This document shows positions 37,416 to 46,635 of a stretch of 64,000 nucleotides of DNA, one piece after another. A model generated the notes under the pieces. It was not told the origin of the DNA. It worked only from the letters and a program-made list of their open reading frames with translations, and made no database searches. The stretch's first letter is position 1. Each line of letters opens with the position of its first letter. This DNA comes from Candidatus Rokuibacteriota bacterium (GTDB lineage: Bacteria; Methylomirabilota; Methylomirabilia; Rokubacteriales; CSP1-6), in the NCBI GenBank assembly GCA_016179965.1, contig JACPCF010000008.1:9601-73600 (forward strand), in the 5' to 3' direction. Position numbers and translations under genes: made by a program.

Positions 37416-39644
37416 TCAGACCTCCGCGACCCCGGCCCGGTCCACCGAGAGGCGGGTGAGCTCCTCCAGCAGAAGCCCGGCCCAGCGGTAGATGTTGCGC
37501 TCCCGCACGATCTGCTTCATCCGGCGCATGCGGATGGCCCGTTCGGCCGGCGGCATCTCGATGGCAAGGCGGATCGCCTCGGCCATCTCGTCGATGTGAT
37601 AGGGGTTGACCTGAAGCGCGTCCACCAGCTCCCGCGCAGCGCCGGTGAACCGGCTCAGGATCAGGACACCCCGCTCCTCCTCCGCCGCGGACACGTACTC
37701 CTTCGCCACCAGGTTCATCCCGTCGTGGAGGGACGTGACCATGCAAAAATCGGCGTGCCGGTAGTAGGGCCAGATCTCCTTGTGGCTGTGGTGGCCGCGG
37801 AGATACGCGATCGGCTTCCACTGGTTGGTCCGGAGGCTCCAGTTGATCTTCTCCACGGCCCGGTCCACTTCCTCGTCGAGATCCTGGTAGCGCTTGATGT
37901 GGCTCCGGCTCGGCGCGGCCAGCTCGACGAAGACCATCCTCTGGCGATAGTCGGGGTACCGCTCGAAAAAGCGCTCGATGGCCCGGAGCCGTTCGAGGAT
38001 CCCTTTCGTGTAGTCGATCCGGTCCACGCCCACTCCCAGGAACTCCACGGAGGGTCCCAGATCTTTCAAGAGCTCGTCGCGCGAGACCCCGACGTCTGCG
38101 GGGTCAGGGGCGGGAGCGACGCTGATGGGAAACGGCTTCACGTAGGTCGTGTGCCGCCCGCGCACGACCCCGAAGCGCTCCCGGTCCACGCGCGCCTCGA
38201 TGGTCCGGTCCACCGTTTCTAGGAAGTTATTGCAGTGGAACTGAATGTGGAAGCCGATGAGGTCGGCGCCCAGCATCCCCAGGAGGATCTCTTGCTGCCA
38301 CGGGCAGATTCCGAAGGCCTCGGGGTTCGGCCAGGGGATGTGCCAGAACAGCACGATCCGGGCGTCCGGCCGCCGGTCCTTCACGAGTCGCGGGAGGAGC
38401 GCGAAGTGGTAGTCCTGGATCAGCACGTACGGGCGTTCGGTCCCCTCCATCTCTTCCAGCAAGGCCTCGGCGAACTTCTCGTTGACCCGCCGGTAGGCGG
38501 CCCAATCAGACGCGCGGAACACCGGGCGGGTGTGGGCGATGTGGCAGAGCGGCCACAGGCCCTCGTTGGCGAAGCCGTTGTAGTAGCCGTCTTCCTCCTC
38601 TTTGGTGAGCCACACCCGCTTCAACGTGTAGGCGGGCTGCTCGGGGGGGACGCCGACCTTGTCCTGGGCGTCCACGGTCTCTCGGTCGGCGTCGCCGCTG
38701 CCGTGGGCGATCCACAGCCCGCCGCAGGCGTGCATGATCGGCTCGAGGGCCGTGACGAGCCCGCTGGCCGGCTCGACGGTTTCGATCTTTCGTCCCCGCC
38801 ACTGGTGGATGAGCGGCTCCCGATTCGAGACCGCGAACAGCGGGGTGTCGTTCAACTGACTCCGTACGAACTGCTTCAGCCGCTCCGCGGTCCAGAGGGC
38901 CTCGCCCTCCAGGCGCAGCAGCGCCTCGCGCTCCGCCGCCGCCCGGGCGTCATCGAGGCTCCTGGCCAGCTCGGTGAACTCCGACGCGAGCGAGCCAAAG
39001 AGCTGGCCGGAGACCGGCGGAGGGGCCGTCTTGCCTGCGCGCATTTGTTGCGCCCACTCCGCCATTCGTCGCAAGGGATGGGTGATGCTCCATCTGACGA
39101 CAAGGAGGGTGAGCAATGAGACCACGCTGGCCAGGATCATTAGGCGCACGGCGTTCTGCTGCCACAGGGCCGACAGGTGAAACTCCAGCTGACTGGCGTC
39201 GAGAAAGATCACCAGCGCCCCGGCCGGGCGCTCCTCGCCCTGGAGCGGCACCGCGTAGAGATAGGTCTTCTGCCCGCCGAGGGTCTCGACCCCCTTCTGG
39301 GCCTGCCCCGTGGTCAGCGCTTGGGAGATGATGGGAAGCGACGAAGGGAGCCTGGGAGCCAGGTCCGGGGTCGCCACCAGCAGTCCGGCGAACTGATCGT
39401 AAACGGCGATCCCGCGCCTGGGAGACCCGAACTTTTTCAAGATGCGCTCGATCCGCGCGGGTTGGCCGCGCAGGATCGCCGGCTCGATCGCCTCCTTGAG
39501 CCCTTCTCCCATGAGCCAGGCGCGTCGCTCCAGGTCGGTCAGCATGCGGGAGCGCTCGGACTGGACCTGGAGGAAGGCGAACCCGGCGATGATCACCAGC
39601 GAGGAAACCCAGATCGCGCCGAGAAGGCGGATGACGAGTCTCAT
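37416..39644 (-). CDS. otsA: alpha,alpha-trehalose-phosphate synthase fused to an N-terminal membrane-anchored sensor domain and HAMP domain
   Basis: Residues ~1-250: TM helix, ~150-aa periplasmic-type segment, second TM helix, HAMP-like ITHPLRRMAEWAQQMRAGK...ASEFTELARSL. Residues 250-742: GT20 OtsA core (GFANEGLWPLCHI, VLIQDYHFALLP, LGVDRIDYTKG). Confidence 0.85.
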   Translation of the reverse strand: MRLVIRLLGAIWVSSLVIIAGFAFLQVQSERSRMLTDLERRAWLMGEGLKEAIEPAILRGQPARIERILKKFGSPRRGIAVYDQFAGLLVATPDLAPRLPSSLPIISQALTTGQAQKGVETLGGQKTYLYAVPLQGEERPAGALVIFLDASQLEFHLSALWQQNAVRLMILASVVSLLTLLVVRWSITHPLRRMAEWAQQMRAGKTAPPPVSGQLFGSLASEFTELARSLDDARAAAEREALLRLEGEALWTAERLKQFVRSQLNDTPLFAVSNREPLIHQWRGRKIETVEPASGLVTALEPIMHACGGLWIAHGSGDADRETVDAQDKVGVPPEQPAYTLKRVWLTKEEEDGYYNGFANEGLWPLCHIAHTRPVFRASDWAAYRRVNEKFAEALLEEMEGTERPYVLIQDYHFALLPRLVKDRRPDARIVLFWHIPWPNPEAFGICPWQQEILLGMLGADLIGFHIQFHCNNFLETVDRTIEARVDRERFGVVRGRHTTYVKPFPISVAPAPDPADVGVSRDELLKDLGPSVEFLGVGVDRIDYTKGILERLRAIERFFERYPDYRQRMVFVELAAPSRSHIKRYQDLDEEVDRAVEKINWSLRTNQWKPIAYLRGHHSHKEIWPYYRHADFCMVTSLHDGMNLVAKEYVSAAEEERGVLILSRFTGAARELVDALQVNPYHIDEMAEAIRLAIEMPPAERAIRMRRMKQIVRERNIYRWAGLLLEELTRLSVDRAGVAEV

Positions 39645-39730
39645 TTCCGACTCACGATCACAATTTTACTTCGGCCGGGCGTCTTTGGCCAGGTGAGATA
39701 ACTTCTGCCGAAGGCAAGGCGCTCCGACGC

Positions 39731-40237
39731 CTACTCGAGGGCACGCCTCACTGCATCGATGGCCGCCCGATTCTCGGGCGTCGCGAGCATCCCTACCCCA
39801 AAGACGTAGTAGTGCGTGTAGCCGCCCTCATCGAGGCGCGCAAGGAGCTCCCCGCCATCCGAACGGACGAGAAGGAGCCCGCGATGCGTCCGGCAGGCGT
39901 TCGCCATGCACCCCGAGGCTGCCACGTACTCCCATCCCCTGACCTGGATCAGGCGGGGCGGGAACGACCGCGAAAAGAACTCGGGGGCCGCCGCCGCCAC
40001 TCCCGGCCCCCCGACGGCACCCCCGCCCCAGTCCGATCCAAAAAGCGAGCGCACCTTCTCCCGAATTGCCGGATGGTCCAGCATGTCGGCCGCGCTCTTC
40101 CCATACAGCGACGCGCGCGTATGGTCCCCCAGAATCTCGACCCGGGGCGGCAGCGGGGTGCCCGCGGGCGGGGGGACGATGCACCCGGCGGTGAAGAGGG
40201 CCGCGAGCAGCCAGAGCGTGGTCTTTCCTCTTTGCAT
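39731..40237 (-). CDS. hypothetical lipoprotein
   Basis: ATG giving MQRGKTTLWLLAALFTAGC lipobox; only the C-terminal 168 codons of the 448-aa ORF-track entry look like protein. Confidence 0.55.
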   Translation of the reverse strand: MQRGKTTLWLLAALFTAGCIVPPPAGTPLPPRVEILGDHTRASLYGKSAADMLDHPAIREKVRSLFGSDWGGGAVGGPGVAAAAPEFFSRSFPPRLIQVRGWEYVAASGCMANACRTHRGLLLVRSDGGELLARLDEGGYTHYYVFGVGMLATPENRAAIDAVRRALE

Positions 40238-40269
40238 GATGGGGCTGATCCTGCTTGGCTTTCCGCCGG

Positions 40270-41472
40270 TCAGGCGCCGAACTTGGTCAGGCGCAACCCG
40301 TTGGCCAGAATGAGAGGCATCAACTCCTGGGCGGCGAGCACGCCCAGGCTCCCGGCGGCGCAGGCGCGCTCGGTAAACTCGGTCACGGGGTCGGCGCCGC
40401 AGTAGGCGCTCCAGAGCAGGAGGGGCACGGGCTGCCAGCCGTGGCCCTTCAGGACCGCCGGACTCGCGTGATCGCCCGTGACGGCCAGGACGTCGGGCTT
40501 GAGGCTCAGGATCTGGGGGATGAACCCGTCCAGCCGCTCCAGGGCGGCGACCTTGCCCGCGAAATCCCCGTCCTCGCCGGCCTTGTCCGTGTCCTTGTAA
40601 TGGAGGAAGAAAAAGTCGTACGCCTCCCGGTGCTGGCGGAGCGTGGCGACCTCGTCGGCGAAGGTCGCGCCCGTTTTCAAGACCTCCATGCCCACGAGGC
40701 GCGCCAGCCCGCGGTACATCGGGTAGGCGGCGATGGCTGCGGCCTTCAGGCCGAACGTCTTGGGAAACGACGGCAGGCGGGGGAGTTGGTCGAAGCCGCG
40801 GAGGAGGATCATGTTCGCCGGCGCCTCCCCGGCGAGCGCCTTCCGGGCGGCGGCCACGAAGCGGTTCACCAGGGCCGCGGTGCGCTTGGCCGCGGGCGCG
40901 AGCGCCTTGACCGGCAGCGCCGGGACGCCGAGGCTCTGCGGGTCCGACTCCGACAGCCGTCCGGACAGGCCGGCCCCGCGGAGGATGAGCACGAAGCGGT
41001 GCTCCTTGACCGGCTCCACGAAGAGCTTCACGCCGGGGAAGCGGATGGCTCGGAGGCGCTGGCAGAGGCTGACGCACAGATCGGTGGCGATGCGACCCGC
41101 CCGCCGATCCGTGATGCGGCCTTCCCGATCCACCGTGCAGAGGTTGCCGCGCGCGGCCACGTCACCCGCGCGAAGCTCGAAGTCGATGCCGAGGGCTTCA
41201 AGAACTCCCCGGCCAACCTGGTACTTGAGGGGGTCGTACCCGAAGAGGCCGAGGTGGCCGGGCCCGCTTCCCGGCGTGATGCCCGGCCCCACGTGGCGGA
41301 GCAGACCGCACGCCGAGCGCGCCGCGAGGGCGTGGAGGGTCGGGATTCGCGCCGTCTCGAGCTCCGACTTGCCGGTGTTGGGGTGGGGGAGCCCTCCCAG
41401 GCCGTCGAGGGAAAGGAGCACGAGCTTCGTCGTGTTCGGGATGATCAGATTGCGGATCAGCTCGAGATCCAT
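40270..41472 (-). CDS. cofactor-independent phosphoglycerate mutase, archaeal-type (ApgM family)
   Basis: 400-aa C-terminal part of the 722-aa ORF; SLDGLGG, GSGPGHLG, ...AVTGDHASP blocks typical of ApgM and phosphopentomutase-like metalloenzymes. Confidence 0.75.
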   Translation of the reverse strand: MDLELIRNLIIPNTTKLVLLSLDGLGGLPHPNTGKSELETARIPTLHALAARSACGLLRHVGPGITPGSGPGHLGLFGYDPLKYQVGRGVLEALGIDFELRAGDVAARGNLCTVDREGRITDRRAGRIATDLCVSLCQRLRAIRFPGVKLFVEPVKEHRFVLILRGAGLSGRLSESDPQSLGVPALPVKALAPAAKRTAALVNRFVAAARKALAGEAPANMILLRGFDQLPRLPSFPKTFGLKAAAIAAYPMYRGLARLVGMEVLKTGATFADEVATLRQHREAYDFFFLHYKDTDKAGEDGDFAGKVAALERLDGFIPQILSLKPDVLAVTGDHASPAVLKGHGWQPVPLLLWSAYCGADPVTEFTERACAAGSLGVLAAQELMPLILANGLRLTKFGA

Positions 41473-41765
41473 GCGGTTCCTTCCCCGATCCACTCGGCCA
41501 CGTGGACCCGCGTTTCGCCCAGGTACCGGAAGGCCGGATCGAACTCGTAGGCTACGACGCACTGGTCGTCGCCATCCAGGTAGCGGATGACGAAGCGGTC
41601 GCTCCCGAGCGCCCGCGCGTCGATGCTCCGGCATCCCTCCATGGCCAGGCCGAGCCGCTCCATGAGCTCCACCAGGGTGAAGACGCGATCCCCCAGCATG
41701 AGGAGCGGGGATCCCGTCCCCAGAGCCCCGAACCGCGCCTCGAAGGCCGCCCGCCGTTCCGCCAT
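41457..41765 (-). CDS. hypothetical protein
   Basis: About 100-aa protein-like ORF overlapping the apgM-like start by 16 nt; no family recognised. Confidence 0.3.
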   Translation of the reverse strand: MAERRAAFEARFGALGTGSPLLMLGDRVFTLVELMERLGLAMEGCRSIDARALGSDRFVIRYLDGDDQCVVAYEFDPAFRYLGETRVHVAEWIGEGTAWISS

Positions 41766-41932
41766 CGCCGTTCCCGCAGGGGCAGCATACCATCCGCGCG
41801 CAAAGCCGGGCAACCGCCCGTCCCTTGTCGCCGGGGGGGAAATCCCCTATAATCGCCGCACTCTGGACCCGTGAAGGCGAAAGACCTCCTGGCTGCCCCA
41901 CGACGCTGGCCCTGAAGGAGGGACACGACTCA

Positions 41933-43357
41933 ATGGCTGAGCCCGAGCCCCTCAAAGGCGGGCGCCGGGGCCGACCGCCCTGGCCCGCAACCCCTCCGCC
42001 GACCCCCGACGAGGTGTATGGCAGCCTCGCCGAGCAGGCGCGGGAGTACCCGAAGTTCCTCGAGTCCATCGTCCACCCGGACAAAACCTTCAACAAGCCC
42101 GAGGCGCTCGACCGCATCCGCGTCCTGGACTGCTCCACGGGCATGATCATCGGCCACTGGGCTTCGTCCATGCTGGCGGAGCTGGGCGCGGAGGTCATCC
42201 AGGTGGAGCCGCCGGGGGGCGATCCCCTTCGCCAGCTCACCCCGTTCGGACGCAAGGAGTACATGGTCAAGGACAAGCAGCGCGGGGAGCCCGTCGGGCT
42301 GCACTTTCTCCACGAGATGAGGAACAAGCTCGCGGTCACCCTCGACCTGGACAAGAAGGAAGGGCGCGAGATCCTCCAGAAGCTCGCCACCCACGTGGAC
42401 GTCATCATCGAGAACGCGCCTCCCGGCCAGTGGGACAAGTGGGGGATCGGCTACCGCCAGCTCTCGAAGCTAAACCCGCGCCTGGTCTACTGCTGGGTGG
42501 GCCAGCGCGGGCAGTGGGGGCCGCTCAAGGACAAGCCGGGCATGCGCGACCCGGTGGCCCAGTGCGCCTCGGGCTTCGTCCACGCCACCGGGGACCCGAA
42601 GGAGTTCGGCGGGCGGCCCACGCGCTCGGGGATGTGGGTGGCCGATCACGTCGGCGGCACGGCCGCCGCCATGGGGATCGTCGCGGCCCTCAATCACCGC
42701 GAGCGCACCTCGGGCAAAGGCCAGTTCATCGAGGCCACCGCCGCGGAGGGGATCATCCGCATCCTGGATTACAACTGGGTGTGGCACGGCATGGACGGGT
42801 CCATTCGTCCCCGGTACGGCAACTGGGACCTAGCCATCAACATCTACGCGGTCAACCCGTGCAAGGACGGCTACATGATGGTGGGCGGCGGCCACGACCG
42901 CCTCTGGTACCGGATCTGGAAGACGGTCGGCGACGAGGTACCGCAGGCCGAGGAGGAGATCATCGCCGACACCAACCTCCGCAACATCTCCGAGCGGCTT
43001 CCCCACACCCGCCAGGTGAAGACGTACACGCTGCTCTGCGAATGGCTGAAGGACAACACGCGCGCCGAAGCGGAACGGAAGCTGGTCCGCCAGGAGGTCG
43101 CCTCGGGCGGCGTCATGGCCATCCACGAGGTGGCGGAGTACCCGCACTTCAAGTACCGGAAGCAGGTCGCCGAGTTCGACGACCAGCTCTACGGTAAGGT
43201 GCTGGTCGGCACCTCGCCGCACCTCGCCGAGAAGATCCCCGCCCGGCTGAAGTGGATCGGCCGGCCCGTGGGGTATGACAACGAAGAGGTGTACCGGCGC
43301 CTGCTGGGCTTCACCCGCGACGATTTCGACCGACTCGCCAAGCAGGGGGTAATGTGA
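41933..43357 (+). CDS. family III CoA-transferase (CaiB/BaiF/Frc family), paralogue 1
   Basis: N-terminal L(D/E)xxRVLD...G.WASSMLAELGAEVIQVEPPGGDPLR, central GYRQL and PRLVYC blocks. Confidence 0.85.
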   Translation: MAEPEPLKGGRRGRPPWPATPPPTPDEVYGSLAEQAREYPKFLESIVHPDKTFNKPEALDRIRVLDCSTGMIIGHWASSMLAELGAEVIQVEPPGGDPLRQLTPFGRKEYMVKDKQRGEPVGLHFLHEMRNKLAVTLDLDKKEGREILQKLATHVDVIIENAPPGQWDKWGIGYRQLSKLNPRLVYCWVGQRGQWGPLKDKPGMRDPVAQCASGFVHATGDPKEFGGRPTRSGMWVADHVGGTAAAMGIVAALNHRERTSGKGQFIEATAAEGIIRILDYNWVWHGMDGSIRPRYGNWDLAINIYAVNPCKDGYMMVGGGHDRLWYRIWKTVGDEVPQAEEEIIADTNLRNISERLPHTRQVKTYTLLCEWLKDNTRAEAERKLVRQEVASGGVMAIHEVAEYPHFKYRKQVAEFDDQLYGKVLVGTSPHLAEKIPARLKWIGRPVGYDNEEVYRRLLGFTRDDFDRLAKQGVM

Positions 43358-44754
43358 TGGCGGCCAGGGGGAAGAAGCCCAACAACCAGAACGCGCGCCC
43401 GCCGAAGCCGGTCGCCAACCCAGACTTCGAGCGCTACTGCCGTCAGACCTTCAGCCCCGCGTCCACCTTCGCCAAGCCCGAGGTCCTCAAGGGCTACCGG
43501 GTCCTCTCCTGCACCCAGTACATTCTGGGGCCCTCCTGCGCCACCTATCTGGGCGAGCTCGGCGCCGAGGTGATCAAGATGGAGCTGCCGCGCCGCGGCG
43601 AGCCCATGCGCCACTCGACGCCGGGCAACGAGGGCTTCCTCTATCCGCTGTCGCGCTGGGTGCCGCAGTCGGGGACCGGCCTCGGCTTTTTCGGCGCCAA
43701 CTTCAATGAGTATTTCATCTCCATGGACTTCCACCGGTCCGAGGCGCGGGAGCTCATGTATCGGCTCGCCGCCAAGGCCGACGTCATGGTGGAGAACTAC
43801 CGCCCCGGCACCTTCGACCGCTGGGGGATCGGCTACCGCCAGCTCCGCGAGATCAATCCACGCCTGATCTACGTCTGGCTCGGCGGCTTCGGGGGTTGGG
43901 GACCCGGGCGCGTGCGGGCGTCGTACGACATCCTGGGCCAGGCCCAGGGCGGCGCCTTTTCGATTACGGGACAGCCGGAGGAGTTCGGCGGCTCCCCCTC
44001 CAAGCACACCATCTGGCTCGCCGACTACTGGGGCGGGATGATGGGGGCGCTGCACGCGCTCTCGGCGCTCTACTGGCGCGACAACGTGTCGGGGGAGGGG
44101 ACCTTCATCGAGTACAGTCAGGTCCACGGCGTCAGCCGCCAGCTCGAGTATGCGCTCCCCCTCTACGGTCGCCAGGGCGTGATCCGCGAGCGCTGGGGCA
44201 ACTGGGACACCGAGCTCTGCGTGCACGGGATCATCAAGTGCGGCAAGTCGTCCTATCCCAACTCCGACAACCCCCAGGAGCAGGAGGAAGGGTACGTCCT
44301 GATCTCGGCCTACGAGGACGAGGACTTCGCCCGCCTCGCGAAGGCTATCGGCCAGGAGAAGTGGGTGCGGCTTTATAAGAGCCATGATGCGCGCGTCAGC
44401 CCGGAGAGCCAGCGCGAGATCTACCCCGCGCTCGAGGCCTGGGCCAAGGACAAGACCAAGGAGCAGGTCGCCCAGATCCTGGATCGCGCCGGGATCATCA
44501 CGCAGCCGGTCTGGAACGCCAAGGAGGTGGCCGGCCATCCCCACTGGCGCGAGCGCGGCTCGATCCGCTGGCTCGACGATCCGACCTACGGGGACGTGCT
44601 CTCCCAGGGGCCGGCCTACAAGATGTCGGACACGCCCCCCCGGGTGAAGTGGGCGCTCAAGCCCATCGGCGCCGACAACGAGCTGATCTACGGCAAGCTG
44701 TGCGGCCTCTCTGCCGAGGAGCTCAAGCGCCTCGAGGCCGAGGAAATCATCTGA
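43354..44754 (+). CDS. family III CoA-transferase, paralogue 2
   Basis: Same architecture (YRVLSCTQYILGPSCATYLGELGAEVIKMELP, GIGYRQLREINPRLIYV); start overlaps the upstream stop. Confidence 0.85.
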   Translation: MMAARGKKPNNQNARPPKPVANPDFERYCRQTFSPASTFAKPEVLKGYRVLSCTQYILGPSCATYLGELGAEVIKMELPRRGEPMRHSTPGNEGFLYPLSRWVPQSGTGLGFFGANFNEYFISMDFHRSEARELMYRLAAKADVMVENYRPGTFDRWGIGYRQLREINPRLIYVWLGGFGGWGPGRVRASYDILGQAQGGAFSITGQPEEFGGSPSKHTIWLADYWGGMMGALHALSALYWRDNVSGEGTFIEYSQVHGVSRQLEYALPLYGRQGVIRERWGNWDTELCVHGIIKCGKSSYPNSDNPQEQEEGYVLISAYEDEDFARLAKAIGQEKWVRLYKSHDARVSPESQREIYPALEAWAKDKTKEQVAQILDRAGIITQPVWNAKEVAGHPHWRERGSIRWLDDPTYGDVLSQGPAYKMSDTPPRVKWALKPIGADNELIYGKLCGLSAEELKRLEAEEII

Positions 44755-45149
44755 TGCTGCTGAAGTGCGACAAGTGCGGGGTGAAGAACTACCTGGACCC
44801 GTATCCCTTCTGGAACTTCAAGGGGAAGACGAAGTGCGCCGGCTGCGACACCTACTACGCCGTGGAGATCGCCAACGGCAGCCCGGTCAGGCCGGCGCAG
44901 CCTGTCGGCGGGACGCTGAAAGACCCTGACCTCCGGCTCCCCGGCTTCGCCGACACGCCTGACTTCAAGCCCGTGACGGGGGAGGGGAAAACCCGCCCGG
45001 CCCCCCGCGCCCGGGCCGACGTCTATGGCAAGCCCAAGCCCGTCGTGAGGAACTCCCGGGGGCGCCTTGTGGCGGGGCGCCCGCTCAAACCCGAAGAGCT
45101 GGTGGGATCCCGCGCCCGCTACATCGCGGAGGGGAAAGAGCCCCGGTGA
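44754..45149 (+). CDS. small zinc-ribbon protein embedded in the CoA-transferase cluster
   Basis: ATGA overlap with upstream stop; MLLKCDKCGVKNY...KTKCAGCDTYY has two CxxC pairs; basic C-terminus. Confidence 0.5.
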   Translation: MLLKCDKCGVKNYLDPYPFWNFKGKTKCAGCDTYYAVEIANGSPVRPAQPVGGTLKDPDLRLPGFADTPDFKPVTGEGKTRPAPRARADVYGKPKPVVRNSRGRLVAGRPLKPEELVGSRARYIAEGKEPR

Positions 45150-45303
45150 GACACCCGGCGTTCCGACATTATCTGGACGCCGTTCGGGCGCGGGCCTTGC
45201 CGCGACCCGCGCCACGTAAAGTGGCGCGGGTGCCCGTAGAGGTGGCTCGCCTTCGCTCGCGCTTGCGTCAAGGGGGAAGGGGGGCGGAGCCCCCCTCCGA
45301 GGT

Positions 45304-46635
45304 ATGAGTGAGTCGTACTTCGACTGGACGCGGAAGCTCTTCGATCGGACCCGGATCTTCGACAAGCCCGAGGCCCTGCGCGGGGTCCGGGTCCTCGAGC
45401 TGACCACCCTCGTCCTCGGACCCTCCACCGCCGACTTCCTCGGCGAGTTCGGCGCCGAGGTCGTCAAGGTGGAGCTGCCCCCCGGCGGCGACACCATGCG
45501 CTACGTGACGCCCGAGGCCACCTACTGGCAGAACGCGTCGCTCGGGTTCTTCCCCACGAATCACTCCAAGTACCACGTGGGAATCGACCTCCACGCCCCC
45601 GAGGGCAAGGAGCTTTTCAAGCGGCTGGCGGCCAAGTCCGACATCTTCGTGGAGAATTTCCGGGCGGGCACGCTCGATAAGTGGGAGATCGGCTACCGGC
45701 AGCTCCGCGAGGCGAACCCGCGCCTGATCTATGTCGCCGACTCGGGCTTCGGCCAGTGGGGGCCGTTCTCCCAGGGGCGCGCCTCCTACGACGCCGTGGC
45801 GCAGACGGTGAGCGGCATGATCGGGATCACGGGCTTCCCCGGCCGGCCGCCGATCCTGTGCGGGATCTTCGTCGGGGACTGGTTCGGGGGGCTGATGGCT
45901 TCCACCGCCGCGCTGGTCGCGCTCCATCATCGCCACAAGACCGGCGAGGGGCAGTTCATCGATTTCGCTCAGTCGGAAGGGCTGATCCGCTCCCTGGACT
46001 GGACGTGGGTCCGCCACGGACTGACGGGCCAGGACCGCGGACCGGCGGGGAACCGCGACGAGGCCATCGTGCCGGCCGATTTCCTGGCCTGCCGCGACGG
46101 GTTCGTGGCCCTGGCCGCGGGCAGGGACGAGGAGTTCAGGGGCCTCTGCGCCGCCATGGGAAGCACGGAGCTGGCCAAGGACCCCCGCTTCGCGACCCTG
46201 GAGGTGCGCCAGGTTCCCGCCAACGCCGGGGCGCTGCTCGCCCTCATCAGGAAGTGGGCCGCGGACAAGTCGCGCGCGGAGCTTGAGGGGCTGGGGGAAA
46301 AGCACGGCTTCGCGTGCTGCCGGGTGGCGAACGCCGAAGACCGGTATCGCGATGAACACCTCCGCGAGCGGGGGGCGGTCTGGCAGTACGATGATCCCCT
46401 GTACGGCCCGATGGTGGAGCAGGGGCCCGCTCCCAAGCTGTCGGCCACGCCGGGCCGCATGCGCTGGGCGGCCAAGCCGGTGGGCTGGCACAACGAAGAA
46501 GTGCTGACCCGCCTCCTCGGGCTTTCTCCCGGCCGGATCAAGCAGCTGGAGGAAAAGAAGGTCGTCGGCCGGTGGGCCGACCGCCCGGGGGCGAAGCCCC
46601 CCGACCAGTGGCTGAAAGCCCACGAGCAAAAATGA
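45304..46635 (+). CDS. family III CoA-transferase, paralogue 3
   Basis: RVLELTTLVLGPSTADFLGEFGAEVVKVELPPGGD, GYRQLREANPRLIYV. Confidence 0.85.
   Translation: MSESYFDWTRKLFDRTRIFDKPEALRGVRVLELTTLVLGPSTADFLGEFGAEVVKVELPPGGDTMRYVTPEATYWQNASLGFFPTNHSKYHVGIDLHAPEGKELFKRLAAKSDIFVENFRAGTLDKWEIGYRQLREANPRLIYVADSGFGQWGPFSQGRASYDAVAQTVSGMIGITGFPGRPPILCGIFVGDWFGGLMASTAALVALHHRHKTGEGQFIDFAQSEGLIRSLDWTWVRHGLTGQDRGPAGNRDEAIVPADFLACRDGFVALAAGRDEEFRGLCAAMGSTELAKDPRFATLEVRQVPANAGALLALIRKWAADKSRAELEGLGEKHGFACCRVANAEDRYRDEHLRERGAVWQYDDPLYGPMVEQGPAPKLSATPGRMRWAAKPVGWHNEEVLTRLLGLSPGRIKQLEEKKVVGRWADRPGAKPPDQWLKAHEQK

Noticed and set aside
39731-42438. Upstream extensions of ORFs 39731-41077 (448 aa) and 40270-42438 (722 aa)
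   Set aside because: Only the C-terminal 168 and 400 codons respectively look like protein (lipobox and ApgM motifs). The N-terminal extensions are P/R/G-rich read-through and overlap the CoA-transferase gene on the other strand.
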